A DNA stretch of 64,000 bases from an uncultured Desulfobacter sp. (GCA_963665095.1 OY762069.1:2240001-2304000); one strand, 5' to 3'. Positions 52,061 through 62,691 are shown, numbered from the stretch's first letter. Program-made: numbers and translations. The notes: a model not told the origin generated them from the sequence alone.

Positions 52061-53706
52061 GTCTCAATCCTCTCTAATCGAGGCAAAGGAAATTCTTCCC
52101 GCCAAGCCCCCAAAGAATCAATACAAAATTACGTAGATAACAGCAACACAAAGACCGGCAACAGCAGAAACCAGCACCCCCAAAGATGCCAGGCAACCTG
52201 AATTCCCGGAAGGCGTACCTGTTTTTTTATTTATCTCCTCGTACAGGATATAATCCAGTGCATCATCGTCATCGAGCAGATTGTCATTTTCTTTAAAAAA
52301 AATCATCATCCATTGAATTTTTCCTCTCTAATCGAGGCAATGGTTCTGACGAAAAGACCACAAACGTAAAAAACGCTTTCGGAGCAGTCTCAATCCTCTC
52401 TAATCGAGGCAATGGTTCTGACGGCATAGTTATCGGCGCTGAAATTTTTACCCCCCAGGTCTCAATCCTCTCTAATCGAGGCAATGGTTCTGACACCAAC
52501 GAAGAGTGCGAGAATAAAGCATCCAACTAGTCTCAATCCTCTCTAATCGAGGCAATGGTTCTGACTACCGGTAAGACTCGCACTGCTATTGAAGTTATCC
52601 GTCTCAATCCTCTCTAATCGAGGCAATGGTTCTGACAAATGCAAGCTACTGGTAATATGCCAAAAGAAAATCGTCTCAATCCTCTCTAATCGAGGCAATG
52701 GTTCTGACACACAGATATCCAGCGGGTATGCTCGGGTTCAAATTGTCTCAATCCTCTCTAATCGAGGCAATGGTTCTGACACTGGTCAAATGTTTAAGAC
52801 CTGACCCGCCAAAAAGTCTCAATCCTCTCTAATCGAGGCAATGGTTCTGACTTAAAATTGAAAGAGCAATAACAGAGACAGGAGAAAGTCTCAATCCTCT
52901 CTAATCGAGGCAATGGTTCTGACAGGTATCGCGGGTTCCCCCCGGGGGCAAGCGATGGTGTCTCAATCCTCTCTAATCGAGGCAATGGTTCTGACGAAAC
53001 AACAAACAAGCAAGTCAATGACAAGTTAGGTCTCAATCCTCTCTAATCGAGGCAATGGTTCTGACCGTGTGCATCACGGCTGATAAGAAAACATTACCCT
53101 GTCTCAATCCTCTCTAATCGAGGCAATGGTTCTGACCTTCCACCATGATCGCCTCTCAAGCAATAGAACAGTCTCAATCCTCTCTAATCGAGGCAATGGT
53201 TCTGACATATTGATATTGGCAGAAGCACAAAAAACAAGATAGTCTCAATCCTCTCTAATCGAGGCAATGGTTCTGACTCGGACAGGGAACGGTGGGAGGA
53301 CCATGAAACGTGGTCTCAATCCTCTCTAATCGAGGCAATGGTTCTGACTCAATAACGAGCCAAACTCAAAACCAAGGAGAAGTGTCTCAATCCTCTCTAA
53401 TCGAGGCAATGGTTCTGACTAAAAATGAAACTTGAGATCCAAGAACATGGCACAGTCTCAATCCTCTCTAATCGAGGCAATGGTTCTGACATCTCTTGAG
53501 AAAGATAATGCTAATTTCTTATCTTCGTCTCAATCCTCTCTAATCGAGGCAATGGTTCTGACAGAGAACTCTGAAAAATTCATTGATGAATGTATTAAGT
53601 CTCAATCCTCTCTAATCGAGGCAATGGTTCTGACAGCAAACGATGGAAACGATTAAACAGGTGTTAATTAGTCTCAATCCTCTCTAATCGAGGCAATGGT
53701 TCTGAC
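52061..53706 (-). CRISPR. CRISPR array 2: 19 full repeats, 19 spacers and a split terminal repeat (52061-52086, 52322-52350)
   Basis: Repeat (minus strand) GTCAGAACCATTGCCTCGATTAGAGAGGATTGAGAC, 2 nt different from array 1. Confidence 0.97.
52118..52313 (-). CDS. Small acidic single-pass membrane protein inside the split terminal repeat (possible T8 frameshift)
   Basis: FFKENDNLLDDDDALDYILYEE...GCLASLGVLVSAVAGLCVAVIYVILY; ATG at 52313 is out of frame by 1 nt, ATG at 52309 is in frame. Confidence 0.55.
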
Positions 53707-53906
53707 TCTGGGTATCTGAAACCCTTGTTGTTCAACTGTTTCCATGGCCGTTTTGACGGACCTACCCCTTTTTCGGGGTTTGGAAAAAATTTTCACAATG
53801 GATTTTATATTAATTTTCATCTAACCCTTTTATTTTATAGCACATTTTAAAATGACGGATCTCCTGATGCCATTATTATTAACAAATTGTCAAAGATCAT
53901 AGACCC
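53707..53906 (-). promoter_or_regulatory. CRISPR leader 2
   Basis: AT-rich; conserved blocks shared with leader 1. Confidence 0.85.
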
Positions 53907-54185
53907 TTAAGACACAGAATACGCCTTAGTATTCGGCAAAACGCCGGTGCCGGAAAACTCAACCTTTCCAACGCAGTGACGGCATAACGGATAATACCGG
54001 ATGGTGTCCTCGCTGTGGTCGATAACCGCCTCCAGGTCTGACTGCATTTTCATGAATTTGTATTCGGTCATGTTACTGCATTCAAATACGGATTTCTGGA
54101 CCCGGGTCCCGTAGCCTTTCAGGATCTTGACTACCCTGTACCGGGCCCGGTTATCAACGATGTCAAAGCAGACCAGGAAAAACAT
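53907..54185 (-). CDS. cas2: CRISPR-associated endoribonuclease Cas2
   Basis: LVCFDI, YGTRVQKSVFEC, DTIRYYPLC. Confidence 0.95.
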   Translation of the reverse strand: MFFLVCFDIVDNRARYRVVKILKGYGTRVQKSVFECSNMTEYKFMKMQSDLEAVIDHSEDTIRYYPLCRHCVGKVEFSGTGVLPNTKAYSVS

Positions 54186-54231
54186 TTTTGAAAATTCCGT
54201 GGCTCAGTCCAGACCTGTGCCTGGAGTTTTT

Positions 54232-56454
54232 TTATTGTTTACCAATGATTTTTTCCAATACTGAATGTTTATTACGCCATTTTTTGCTCTGATCCGGGCT
54301 TATGCCGAACTCTTCCATCTTTGTCAAAAATTGACCGGCGCGTTCTGGTGTGATTTTTTCGGTCTGCAGCTCTTCGGTAATCATACTGCCTATCCGATCT
54401 TTTGTTATGGACGGCATAGATGAGTCTGACGCTTTAGTTCTTTGCGACCTTGCAGCTTTTCTAGTTTCACGGCTTTGACTCAGGTTTTCACCGGCTTTTT
54501 CGTTGGATGATGCATGCACTTTGGGATCGAATTTTTCGAATTTCCCTATTTTTAACTGGCCCCTGGCGGGCTTAACGGTTTCCAACTGAACCATATCATA
54601 ACCGTACAGAACATCCGCTGTCGGGTCATCCGGTTTCAACGCCGGAAGGGGCTGGGCCTTGATCTGGGTCGAATTGACAAGATTGCTTAAATTGCCGGTG
54701 GTCCAGATGGTTTCAAGTCCCCTGCCGTTCTTTTTAGGTGTTGCATGGCGTGCAAACCAGGCAAGGCCGGCCCTGGAACTCTTATTTTTATTTTTATCCA
54801 CAGCCCTTGGATAGCGCAATCTTTCAACCGGTATCTGGGATGCCCGGTAAAGCGCTATTCTATCTTTTATATGGCTGACCCATTTGGCGTCTTTGTCCAG
54901 AAGTTGTAGATTCTGTGCCGGGGTTGAGGCGTCCATGGGGTTGAGTGCGTTACCGTCCTCATCAATCATCTTAATGGCGGTGACCCGGCAGTGACCAAGC
55001 CCAAGGGGCTTTCCGCCTCCCAGTTTCCAGTCCACCGAGCAGGCTGCATAGAGCAGGGCCAGTTCGTCAGCCCCAAGGGCCCGGAAAGAAATTTTTAATT
55101 TTCCCGTAAGCCCTTCCGGAATCAGTTCCGCTGTTTTATTTACCTTCTGTTCCGCCGGCTTTAAACGTCCCTGCTCTTCGTAGACACCCTGTACCGAATA
55201 CTTCCATGGTGCGTGTTCTCCCCGTTCACTGGTATTTCGATACACCTTATATCCTTTAAGGGGAGATTCCTCATTTATCGCATCAAGGTCTTCCTGGTCC
55301 CGGTAAAAAGCCAGGCACCCGGGATGGGGCTGGGCAAGAGGGGCCAGGGTTTCTGTTATGGTCTTATCCAGGGCATCAAAAAATATAAGATTTCCCGGAC
55401 GGACGCGGGCGGCAAAGGGCCCGGCAGCATCAATTCCTTTTTCCGGAATTTGGCCAAACAGATTTGTCACCATATCCACGCCGCCGTCTGCCCGCATGCT
55501 GTCGGGCAAAACAACCTTTGGAACCAGGTTTTTGAAAGCCACGCCCCGGCGCCCCCATCTGGCCCACTGGATGGATTTAATATCAGCCTGGCAGGTGATT
55601 TTAGTGCAATCCGTTTCAACAGGTTCCAGCCATATCAGATCCCCCTTTTTGAGCTCGGGTCTTACTGCGTGGCGATGGCGGCCCTGGTAATTTTTCCAGA
55701 ATGCCTCTGAAAGCTCAAGGTGTTCACCACTCCCTTTGAAAAGGCCCTCTTTTTTACCTTCCGGTTTAATGGGGAGGCCACTCAGCTTGACCTTCCATTC
55801 CACGCCATCCTTGTCTTTATATGTTAACGTCTGGGGCTTACCGCCTGCTTTAGGCCTTTTACTGTCCAAATGGTCTATTTTACCTCCAAGGACGCTTGCC
55901 GGTATTAATTTTGTTTCACCCAGCTCAATGACGCCCGGCCGGGTTGAATTGCCCGGGGTGACAATTTCTGCAAGAAATGCATTGTTCGGAACACCATCCA
56001 TGCTGCGGTTCGGTCCTAACTGGGCATCGCGTCCCTGGGTGAGCCACAGATTTTCATCCATATACCCCAGGGTGCCGCCGCTCAATATGGTCATAAGGGT
56101 TCGTAATGCCCCCCGGACCCCGGTGGCCGGCAGTACAACATCCTTGCCTGTGGAGAGCGCCTTGAATCTTTTATGCCCGTTTTGTTCACAAACAGGTTCC
56201 GGGCTGCAGGTCATAAGGGGGGACAGCGTTTTTATCTCCAGTTCAAGGACGCCGCTTTTTCTATGCCGCTCATTAACAAATTCGTCGGCCGTAAGCGGGG
56301 TTGGGAAAAACCGCTTCACTTTTTCAGGAAAGGGGATGAATGTATAGGGATTATGAAACGGTTCCCCTATTTTATCCGGCGATGCCGCATTTCCGTTACT
56401 GCCTTTTTCCTGGGTGTTGCCTCTATTATTGTGGTTTATATTTCTCGGGCTCAT
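54232..56454 (-). CDS. Type III-D Cas7 RAMP with large insertion (TIGR03986-like)
   Basis: FHNPYTFIP, LPATGVRGALR, GYKVY and KLGGGKPLGLG motifs. Confidence 0.85.
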   Translation of the reverse strand: MSPRNINHNNRGNTQEKGSNGNAASPDKIGEPFHNPYTFIPFPEKVKRFFPTPLTADEFVNERHRKSGVLELEIKTLSPLMTCSPEPVCEQNGHKRFKALSTGKDVVLPATGVRGALRTLMTILSGGTLGYMDENLWLTQGRDAQLGPNRSMDGVPNNAFLAEIVTPGNSTRPGVIELGETKLIPASVLGGKIDHLDSKRPKAGGKPQTLTYKDKDGVEWKVKLSGLPIKPEGKKEGLFKGSGEHLELSEAFWKNYQGRHRHAVRPELKKGDLIWLEPVETDCTKITCQADIKSIQWARWGRRGVAFKNLVPKVVLPDSMRADGGVDMVTNLFGQIPEKGIDAAGPFAARVRPGNLIFFDALDKTITETLAPLAQPHPGCLAFYRDQEDLDAINEESPLKGYKVYRNTSERGEHAPWKYSVQGVYEEQGRLKPAEQKVNKTAELIPEGLTGKLKISFRALGADELALLYAACSVDWKLGGGKPLGLGHCRVTAIKMIDEDGNALNPMDASTPAQNLQLLDKDAKWVSHIKDRIALYRASQIPVERLRYPRAVDKNKNKSSRAGLAWFARHATPKKNGRGLETIWTTGNLSNLVNSTQIKAQPLPALKPDDPTADVLYGYDMVQLETVKPARGQLKIGKFEKFDPKVHASSNEKAGENLSQSRETRKAARSQRTKASDSSMPSITKDRIGSMITEELQTEKITPERAGQFLTKMEEFGISPDQSKKWRNKHSVLEKIIGKQ

Positions 56455-56458
56455 ATGA

Positions 56459-57841
56459 TCATAACTCCTTGGTAAACTCGGTTACGGTTTCAGCGTGTGC
56501 TCCCCTGGCGCAAATTGATTTTATTTCAAGTCGTCCGCAGCTTTTGGATGCACCAATGGATAAAATGCCAAGGTGCAGCGCCCTGAGGGTTTTAACCAGC
56601 CATTTCACCTCTTTTACTTCCGGTTTTTTGATGGATATGGTTACGGGAAACCCAAGATCCGGATTTGTCAGAACCTGGTTTTTGAACAATGCGCCTTCAT
56701 TGGCACCCCCTGAAAACCGATCCACAGCCACATGCATGCGGTCCTGAATATCCCGTGATTCATTGACAGGTTTTGAAAATGCATCGGTAATGTGAATACG
56801 CCCCCGTTTATACATGCTTCCGAAAAGATCCAGAATGGGATCTTCCAAAGCACCGGGTTCGTCTTTAAACCTTTCTCTGTCCTTTTCATCCACAAAACCC
56901 CAGCCTGTCAGATCTGGCTTGTATGTCATACCGGGAGTATCGTCAAACTGCGCGTCCCATCTTTCCACGGTATCCCTTACCAGAACGCCGCTGCGCACCG
57001 CAAGCCGGGTCATCCATCCCTTGAAAACACCTCGCAGGGAGGATCCGGGAATACGCCAGCATATTGTGCCATCAGCAAACGCCACGGACTGGGGTTTAAG
57101 GGTATAATCGGCCTGCTGCCCGTCCCCGACCAGCAGGTCTTCCCCCCGGGGAATGCCCAGGACAAGGGACAGGGTCAAAAGATCATCCGTGTCTGGTATC
57201 TTCACCTTTTCACCGGCCGGTTTCACTCCGTTTTTTCGCTCGTCATATTCCGCATCCATGAAGGCGGCCGTACCGTCCACCGTATCCATGTCAAAGGATT
57301 GTACAAAAAGATCCCCGGCAAGCTTCATTCGTCCGATGCCTCGGTTACTGCAACCTCCGGCCGAAAGCTGGGATCCTAATGCCGAAGCGATGTGTGCAAT
57401 AAATTTTTCACAATCTTCAGGTGCGTTCCCATCAGAGTTGAGAATGATCGAGATTTCGGCTTTGGCCCCGGGGGGGACGGCTTCAAGGGAAAAAAGTCCC
57501 CCTTTTACCGGTGCCCCGGTATGACGGTTAACCATATTGTGGGTTCGTTCGTTGACTGTGTTGCAGCGGATAACCGTATCTGCTGTTTTGACCAGAGAGC
57601 CGTTGTCAGTATCGGTAAATGCCTCCTGCCCGAACCATTTAACCACTTGATCATCCCAGGACTCTAACCCGAGTTTATCGGCATAGGCACTTCTTAATAC
57701 ACCGGCCAGGGCACTGCCCCGCAGGATGATTTCCCCTTTGCCGTTTCTTGCAAGATTTTTTTTGTTGGACGAAATTCCTGCCCCCGGTGCAACGCCTTCC
57801 GGGAATTCAATCCCGGCTGTTATTTTATAACACATGTTCAT
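56459..57841 (-). CDS. Tandem Cas7-Cas7 (Csm3-like) RAMP
   Basis: Two units: GSALAGVLRS...GGCSNRGIG and IPGSSLRG...HVAVDRFSGG...IGASKSCG. Confidence 0.85.
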   Translation of the reverse strand: MNMCYKITAGIEFPEGVAPGAGISSNKKNLARNGKGEIILRGSALAGVLRSAYADKLGLESWDDQVVKWFGQEAFTDTDNGSLVKTADTVIRCNTVNERTHNMVNRHTGAPVKGGLFSLEAVPPGAKAEISIILNSDGNAPEDCEKFIAHIASALGSQLSAGGCSNRGIGRMKLAGDLFVQSFDMDTVDGTAAFMDAEYDERKNGVKPAGEKVKIPDTDDLLTLSLVLGIPRGEDLLVGDGQQADYTLKPQSVAFADGTICWRIPGSSLRGVFKGWMTRLAVRSGVLVRDTVERWDAQFDDTPGMTYKPDLTGWGFVDEKDRERFKDEPGALEDPILDLFGSMYKRGRIHITDAFSKPVNESRDIQDRMHVAVDRFSGGANEGALFKNQVLTNPDLGFPVTISIKKPEVKEVKWLVKTLRALHLGILSIGASKSCGRLEIKSICARGAHAETVTEFTKEL

Positions 57842-57842
57842 C

Positions 57843-59795
57843 TTAAGACTCCCCCTTGTCGGCCACCAGAAGATCCTGACAGACCTTGAGTACCTTTTTC
57901 ATATGTTCGGGATTTTCCAAAATTCCAATTTCAATTTCTCCGGTAACGCCTTGCCAGCGCTCCCAGATTGTCTCCGGACGCTCCTGTTTCTGACGCTGCA
58001 GGTAGGAAATCGCAGCCTGGGGATCCAGGCCTGTAAGTTCACGGATTCTTGAAATCTGGCTGGCGGACAGGTTGCCTTCCCTGGCTTTTTTCCACAGTTC
58101 AAAACCGTCTTGACCGTAATTGCCATCTGTTTTTTTAACCACCCTGGGTTTTGGATCCTCGGGGAAGAGCCGTTCTGCCACCCCGGGATGGGGCAGCACC
58201 GCGCCGAAACCGCTTTCCCTGCCGGTGCCGATGCCGGTAATCAATTTTTGTTCCAGGTTTTCAACACAGGATTTCAACTTAAAGACAGCACCGGGAACAA
58301 TCACAGGTTGTGCTCCGACAAATCCGTTGTTCACCGTTCTGTTCCACCCGAACTGAATGGATACGGTGCCGCTGCACTTGTCCACCTCTCCGAATCCGGC
58401 ATCAGCCACCATCAGGGATAAGATGTCTTCAACAGGCTTTGTGACAAACGCCAGTGGAACAAGCAGGGGGGACTGCACGATGAATGTATCTTGTTCGTAT
58501 TGTTGCATCAAAGGCAGTGCATTAAAATCTATTTTTTCAACGGAAAGCAACCCGCCGCCGCGTACGGAACGCGATTTTCCGAACTGCATGAACGGATTGG
58601 ATTCCAGACTTTTTATCAAGATTTCTGCCCCTGTTTTGGGCATTGAAACGATACCGGTAAAAATCTTAGGGGCAAGCGCTTCCACCGTAAACAGATTCCG
58701 CCTTTTTTCCGATCCGTCCCGGTCGCCGTTATGAACTCCGTGGGCCGTAATCATCCTTGCCATATCTGAAGATTTCCACAATTTTACTCCCCCCCCGTCA
58801 ACGAGCAAAACGCCGTCGCTTGCTTTTAAGGGGGAGTGACTTGGAATCTTATCCCAGTCATAGGGCCTTACGGTTTCATCCTCAAAATGGTAGTTTCCGG
58901 TCTCTTCTGATTTCAGCTTGCTGACCTTATGGGTGAAGGAAACACGAAGGGACAACGCATCTTCGCTGTTTGCAGGATTCAAAGGCCAGGCCCTGAAACT
59001 GCTGCTGTTGTAGCAGGCCGTTGCCGTCTTGTTTGAAATGTCATTGATCCGATGAAGAATCGCACCCTGTACGGCACTTGCCGAGATGGAAAACCCGGAG
59101 ACAATCATGTTGTTTTTAACAATGGGGGTCTCGGGAACACAGACAGGATCTTTTGCTTTAAAAACAAGTTTCAAAAGGATCCTGTCGTCAATGAAATTTA
59201 CGTCCGGTTCATCAATGTCCCGGATGGCAGGGAGATTTTTAAAATCAATCCTGGATAACTCCCGGATTATTTCTCCCGGTGTCCGTTCTTCATTTTCAAG
59301 GGTCACCAGGCAGGCTCCGCTTCCCCTGTTTCTTCCGCCCCCCACGGCAAAAAGAGTCAATAAACCCAGCTTCAGCAGGTCCTGGTATTCTTTTGAAAGA
59401 CCGGGCCGGGGTCTTATCGTCCCTTTAAACACCGTCCCTGCGGCCACAGCTTCACTGGTTCTCAAGGAACCTTCCAGTGCAACGCCATACGGGTTCAGCC
59501 GGGTTCGGGTTATGTCCAGAACGTCAGCCTCTAAAGGGGCCGTTGCATTATCAATATGAAAAAGGCCGGCCGCGTCATCTTCCCTGCCAAAAAGTTCGGC
59601 AATGGCTTCTCCCGGAACAATTGTTCCCGACAGCTCCTCCAGATTCTCGCGCATCACCCCTTTTATATGGGTGGACGGAAGAATCACCCGTCCCTTGACA
59701 TCTCTTGGAAGCAAAGCGTCAATCAGTTGCGTGCCAAATCCGCTGGCAGGTTCTGCGTCGGATTTCAGTTCGATGCAATAATCTATTATATCCAT
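57843..59795 (-). CDS. Cas7-Cas5 (Csx10-like) fusion with C-terminal Cas11-like helical domain
   Basis: Cas7 (LPSTHIKG, GGGRNRGSG); Cas5 (FGKSRSVRGGG, GIGTGRESGFG); tail LSASQISRIREL...YLQRQ. Confidence 0.8.
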   Translation of the reverse strand: MDIIDYCIELKSDAEPASGFGTQLIDALLPRDVKGRVILPSTHIKGVMRENLEELSGTIVPGEAIAELFGREDDAAGLFHIDNATAPLEADVLDITRTRLNPYGVALEGSLRTSEAVAAGTVFKGTIRPRPGLSKEYQDLLKLGLLTLFAVGGGRNRGSGACLVTLENEERTPGEIIRELSRIDFKNLPAIRDIDEPDVNFIDDRILLKLVFKAKDPVCVPETPIVKNNMIVSGFSISASAVQGAILHRINDISNKTATACYNSSSFRAWPLNPANSEDALSLRVSFTHKVSKLKSEETGNYHFEDETVRPYDWDKIPSHSPLKASDGVLLVDGGGVKLWKSSDMARMITAHGVHNGDRDGSEKRRNLFTVEALAPKIFTGIVSMPKTGAEILIKSLESNPFMQFGKSRSVRGGGLLSVEKIDFNALPLMQQYEQDTFIVQSPLLVPLAFVTKPVEDILSLMVADAGFGEVDKCSGTVSIQFGWNRTVNNGFVGAQPVIVPGAVFKLKSCVENLEQKLITGIGTGRESGFGAVLPHPGVAERLFPEDPKPRVVKKTDGNYGQDGFELWKKAREGNLSASQISRIRELTGLDPQAAISYLQRQKQERPETIWERWQGVTGEIEIGILENPEHMKKVLKVCQDLLVADKGES

Positions 59796-61315
59796 TAAAC
59801 AGTCTCCTTTTCCATGCGGCTGTCCTCTTCAAGGAGTAGAAGGGCGTCGATCAGGCTGATGGACTGCTCCTGGCTTTCGTCATCCAGCGTCCAACCGCTT
59901 TTTTTCATGTCAAATTCATTCAGGGTGGCAAAAAGATCAGGATGGTTCTTTTTTATCCGGGCATAAAAGCCCAGCCTGTCGGCAAATCCTTTCTGCAGGG
60001 CCGGAAAAATTTTGTGGCGCAGGGATCGGGGCAGCTTAAGTTTCCGGTCATGACCGTATTGCCCGGCCATCGTTTCCACTTCAGTAAACGCTTCGAGGGT
60101 ATAAGGTCTGCGGGTCAGTTTAACCACGCGACTGATCTGTTCATCAAAGAAAACCAACTCCCGGTGCCTTTTTGCCCAGGGCGTGTCCACCACCGTATCG
60201 GTAATCTGTTCCCAGTCTATACAAGCGGGGGACGCCTCCCCTTTTTTAAACGCTTTTCGCCCCCTTCCCTTTGCACTTCCAAGGAGTGCTTCGGAATAGG
60301 GGATGGCTGTATGAAGGGGCAGGGAAACCGGTGCAAACAGGATCCCGGCGGATATGGTCAGTCTCCCGTTTGTTGCGGGCCACAGGTGGCTTTTATTTTT
60401 GCTCTCTTCTTCAAATACCCGGGCCGTTTCCTTAACAAAGGTAACGGCAAAGCTGTTGTGGCATAAAACCACGATGTCATCCCCGCCCACGACCAGGGGC
60501 CTGATGGGCAGGGTGACGGGCCCCTCTTTGATGACAGCCTCTTTGCCATGATCGGAACCTGCCCATTCCGACACCACTCTCTGGATTCCGGCTGACGCGG
60601 CTGATACGGTTATTTCGTCAAGGGCCAGGCTCATCTCTTTAATCCAGGACTGCATCTGATCCGTGGTAAGGCCTTCTTTGACCTGGGTTCGAAACTGCAT
60701 TCCCATGTCGTTGCCGTCCATGCTGATAACAGCCCAGCGATTCCGGTTTCCAAGGGCAAACGCGCCATCGTTGCCGTCCGGGTCGTCGGTGTTCACGTTG
60801 TGAAAAAAATTAAGTTCGTCGCTGGTTTTCCCGGGAATCAGAATTTTAGGCAGAAGACGATCTTCAAAACGCCTGAAAACCTTCTCATCTGCCGAATATA
60901 ATCGTTTTTTGATTACCGGGTGTACCTTTTCTCCTTTTTTTACCGGGTAAAGCCCAGTCTCCGGGCATGGATAGCCGCTGTTCATTTCCGGAACAAAAGC
61001 ATACAGCTGATCCGCGTGCTGGGCCGCCTGGCTGAAATCTTCATCCTGGCCAAATCGGATATCAAGGCCGATGGAATGGGCGCAGTGGATGATTTCAGAT
61101 TTCAGTTTCTCCAGAACGGTCTGAGATTCGCAGATAAAAGTGCCTTTACCGCCGCCGGAAAAAACGTGTTCTGCACCGTCAACACTGATATTTTTAATGG
61201 ACTCTTTATCAAAACGATCAATGAGTGCACTGCCCCCAATGATATATTTCAACTTGGGAATTTTAAAAATGTAAGACTGGATTGCTTTAACATCATAGCA
61301 AAGATAAATACCCAT
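59795..61315 (-). CDS. cas10: Cas10 (short, HD-less, intact GGDD Palm)
   Basis: Starts at YDVKAIQSYIF; MDGNDMG; VGGDDIV; ISAGI. Confidence 0.9.
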   Translation of the reverse strand: MGIYLCYDVKAIQSYIFKIPKLKYIIGGSALIDRFDKESIKNISVDGAEHVFSGGGKGTFICESQTVLEKLKSEIIHCAHSIGLDIRFGQDEDFSQAAQHADQLYAFVPEMNSGYPCPETGLYPVKKGEKVHPVIKKRLYSADEKVFRRFEDRLLPKILIPGKTSDELNFFHNVNTDDPDGNDGAFALGNRNRWAVISMDGNDMGMQFRTQVKEGLTTDQMQSWIKEMSLALDEITVSAASAGIQRVVSEWAGSDHGKEAVIKEGPVTLPIRPLVVGGDDIVVLCHNSFAVTFVKETARVFEEESKNKSHLWPATNGRLTISAGILFAPVSLPLHTAIPYSEALLGSAKGRGRKAFKKGEASPACIDWEQITDTVVDTPWAKRHRELVFFDEQISRVVKLTRRPYTLEAFTEVETMAGQYGHDRKLKLPRSLRHKIFPALQKGFADRLGFYARIKKNHPDLFATLNEFDMKKSGWTLDDESQEQSISLIDALLLLEEDSRMEKETV

Positions 61316-62691
61316 TAGTCCTCCTTTGAAAACAGCTGCTGTTGGGCCATCAGGCTGATAATTTCCTTTAATTCATTTAAAAACTGATTGCCTTTTCTTT
61401 CGATTTCAGGGCTGGCATTCGTTGCAGATGTCCAGGCATGGTCAAATCCGTTTCGTATCTTGATCAGGCCATCTTCATTATCTTTGCCAGCCATCATATT
61501 TCTGAGTCGAGACTCGATATCTACCTCTTTCAGCGTCAGGAACCACGGATACAGGATATCTTTATCTTTTTTTGCCTGGTCCTCAAATTCCCATCCCTTT
61601 TTGTTACCAATTGGCAGTTCCGGAATGGTCACCATGCAGATGAAAATATCGGCAAATCTTCGGTATCGTCGTCCTGCATTTTTATACATCTGCTTATTTT
61701 TATATTTCCCGGTCAGCCTGACCATGCCGATGGAACCCACCATCTCCCGCATGGCTGTGAACGCCTGCATGAAAAGCCGATGCTCCATGAGCACCTCGAT
61801 GATTTTAATCTGGGTCTCAAAATAGGGCTGGTCATACCGGCCGCTGGGGGGATAGTCCGTGGCAAGGGAACAGAATTTTTCCCAGACCAGATCCAGCATG
61901 AGACGGGCGGAACCACCGGCACTGACGCGGATTTTCTCCACGTATGCCAGGGCATCATTCACTTTTTGAGAGATATTGTTCACATCCACGTTGCGGATGC
62001 AGTCTGTCATCTCCTGAAAAGCGGCCACCAGAGTGTCATCAGCCAAAGGCGCCAGGGCGTCAACTTGAGACTGCCTGGCCATGGCCCCCAGTTTTCTGGC
62101 ATCGGCATCCTCGGTCAGGCGGGAGACAGACTCTGCCCAGTCATTGATCACGTAGAAGTCTTTCATATCCACTATGGGGTGGGGCTCTCCCTCTTTGCGG
62201 GCAGGGTCATACCAGGCGTACAGGGCATGATCCAGGGTGATATGCCTGGCTCGCATGAGAAACCCGATGGCCGAAGAGAAGATAATGGGAATCGCCCGCA
62301 TCCCGTGGGTGAAATCCATGACCAGCCTGTCTCCCACACCGACATTGCCCAGAAGAGACTCGAACCACCCCCACTGATTGCCGGCTGTCATATCCGTGGG
62401 CACTTTGTCCGGAATAATGATCCTGGGCTTGTATTCAAGGTGGGTTTCCAGTTCGGCCATGAACGGATCAAAATGCTTATCAAAGGATTCCTCCGTGCAG
62501 AAAAGTACAACCCGGTCCACGGCGCCATCCAGGTCCCGGCATGTTTCCAGGGCTTTAAGAACAGCGGTCTGGGCAAACCGGCAGGTGACAGGCCCGGACA
62601 TTTTTTCCGGCCAGACATATGCAGCCATGTCATACCCCAAAGGCTTTCTGAACGCACCGATCCCAAGAAAACTGATAAAAACCTGTGCCAT
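61315..62691 (-). CDS. csx1: Csx1/Csm6-type CARF-HEPN ribonuclease (TM1812 family), copy 1
   Basis: ISFLG, DFTHGMR; HEPN RNGFDH. Confidence 0.9.
   Translation of the reverse strand: MAQVFISFLGIGAFRKPLGYDMAAYVWPEKMSGPVTCRFAQTAVLKALETCRDLDGAVDRVVLFCTEESFDKHFDPFMAELETHLEYKPRIIIPDKVPTDMTAGNQWGWFESLLGNVGVGDRLVMDFTHGMRAIPIIFSSAIGFLMRARHITLDHALYAWYDPARKEGEPHPIVDMKDFYVINDWAESVSRLTEDADARKLGAMARQSQVDALAPLADDTLVAAFQEMTDCIRNVDVNNISQKVNDALAYVEKIRVSAGGSARLMLDLVWEKFCSLATDYPPSGRYDQPYFETQIKIIEVLMEHRLFMQAFTAMREMVGSIGMVRLTGKYKNKQMYKNAGRRYRRFADIFICMVTIPELPIGNKKGWEFEDQAKKDKDILYPWFLTLKEVDIESRLRNMMAGKDNEDGLIKIRNGFDHAWTSATNASPEIERKGNQFLNELKEIISLMAQQQLFSKED

Noticed and set aside
52087..52321. Insert in the terminal repeat read as an IS/MITE
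   Set aside because: No transposase; only a weak imperfect terminal inverted match (AGGAAATTC / GAATTTTTCCT); cannot be supported
35162..53706. Self-targeting or shared spacers between the arrays
   Set aside because: None noticed by eye; an exhaustive alignment was not possible
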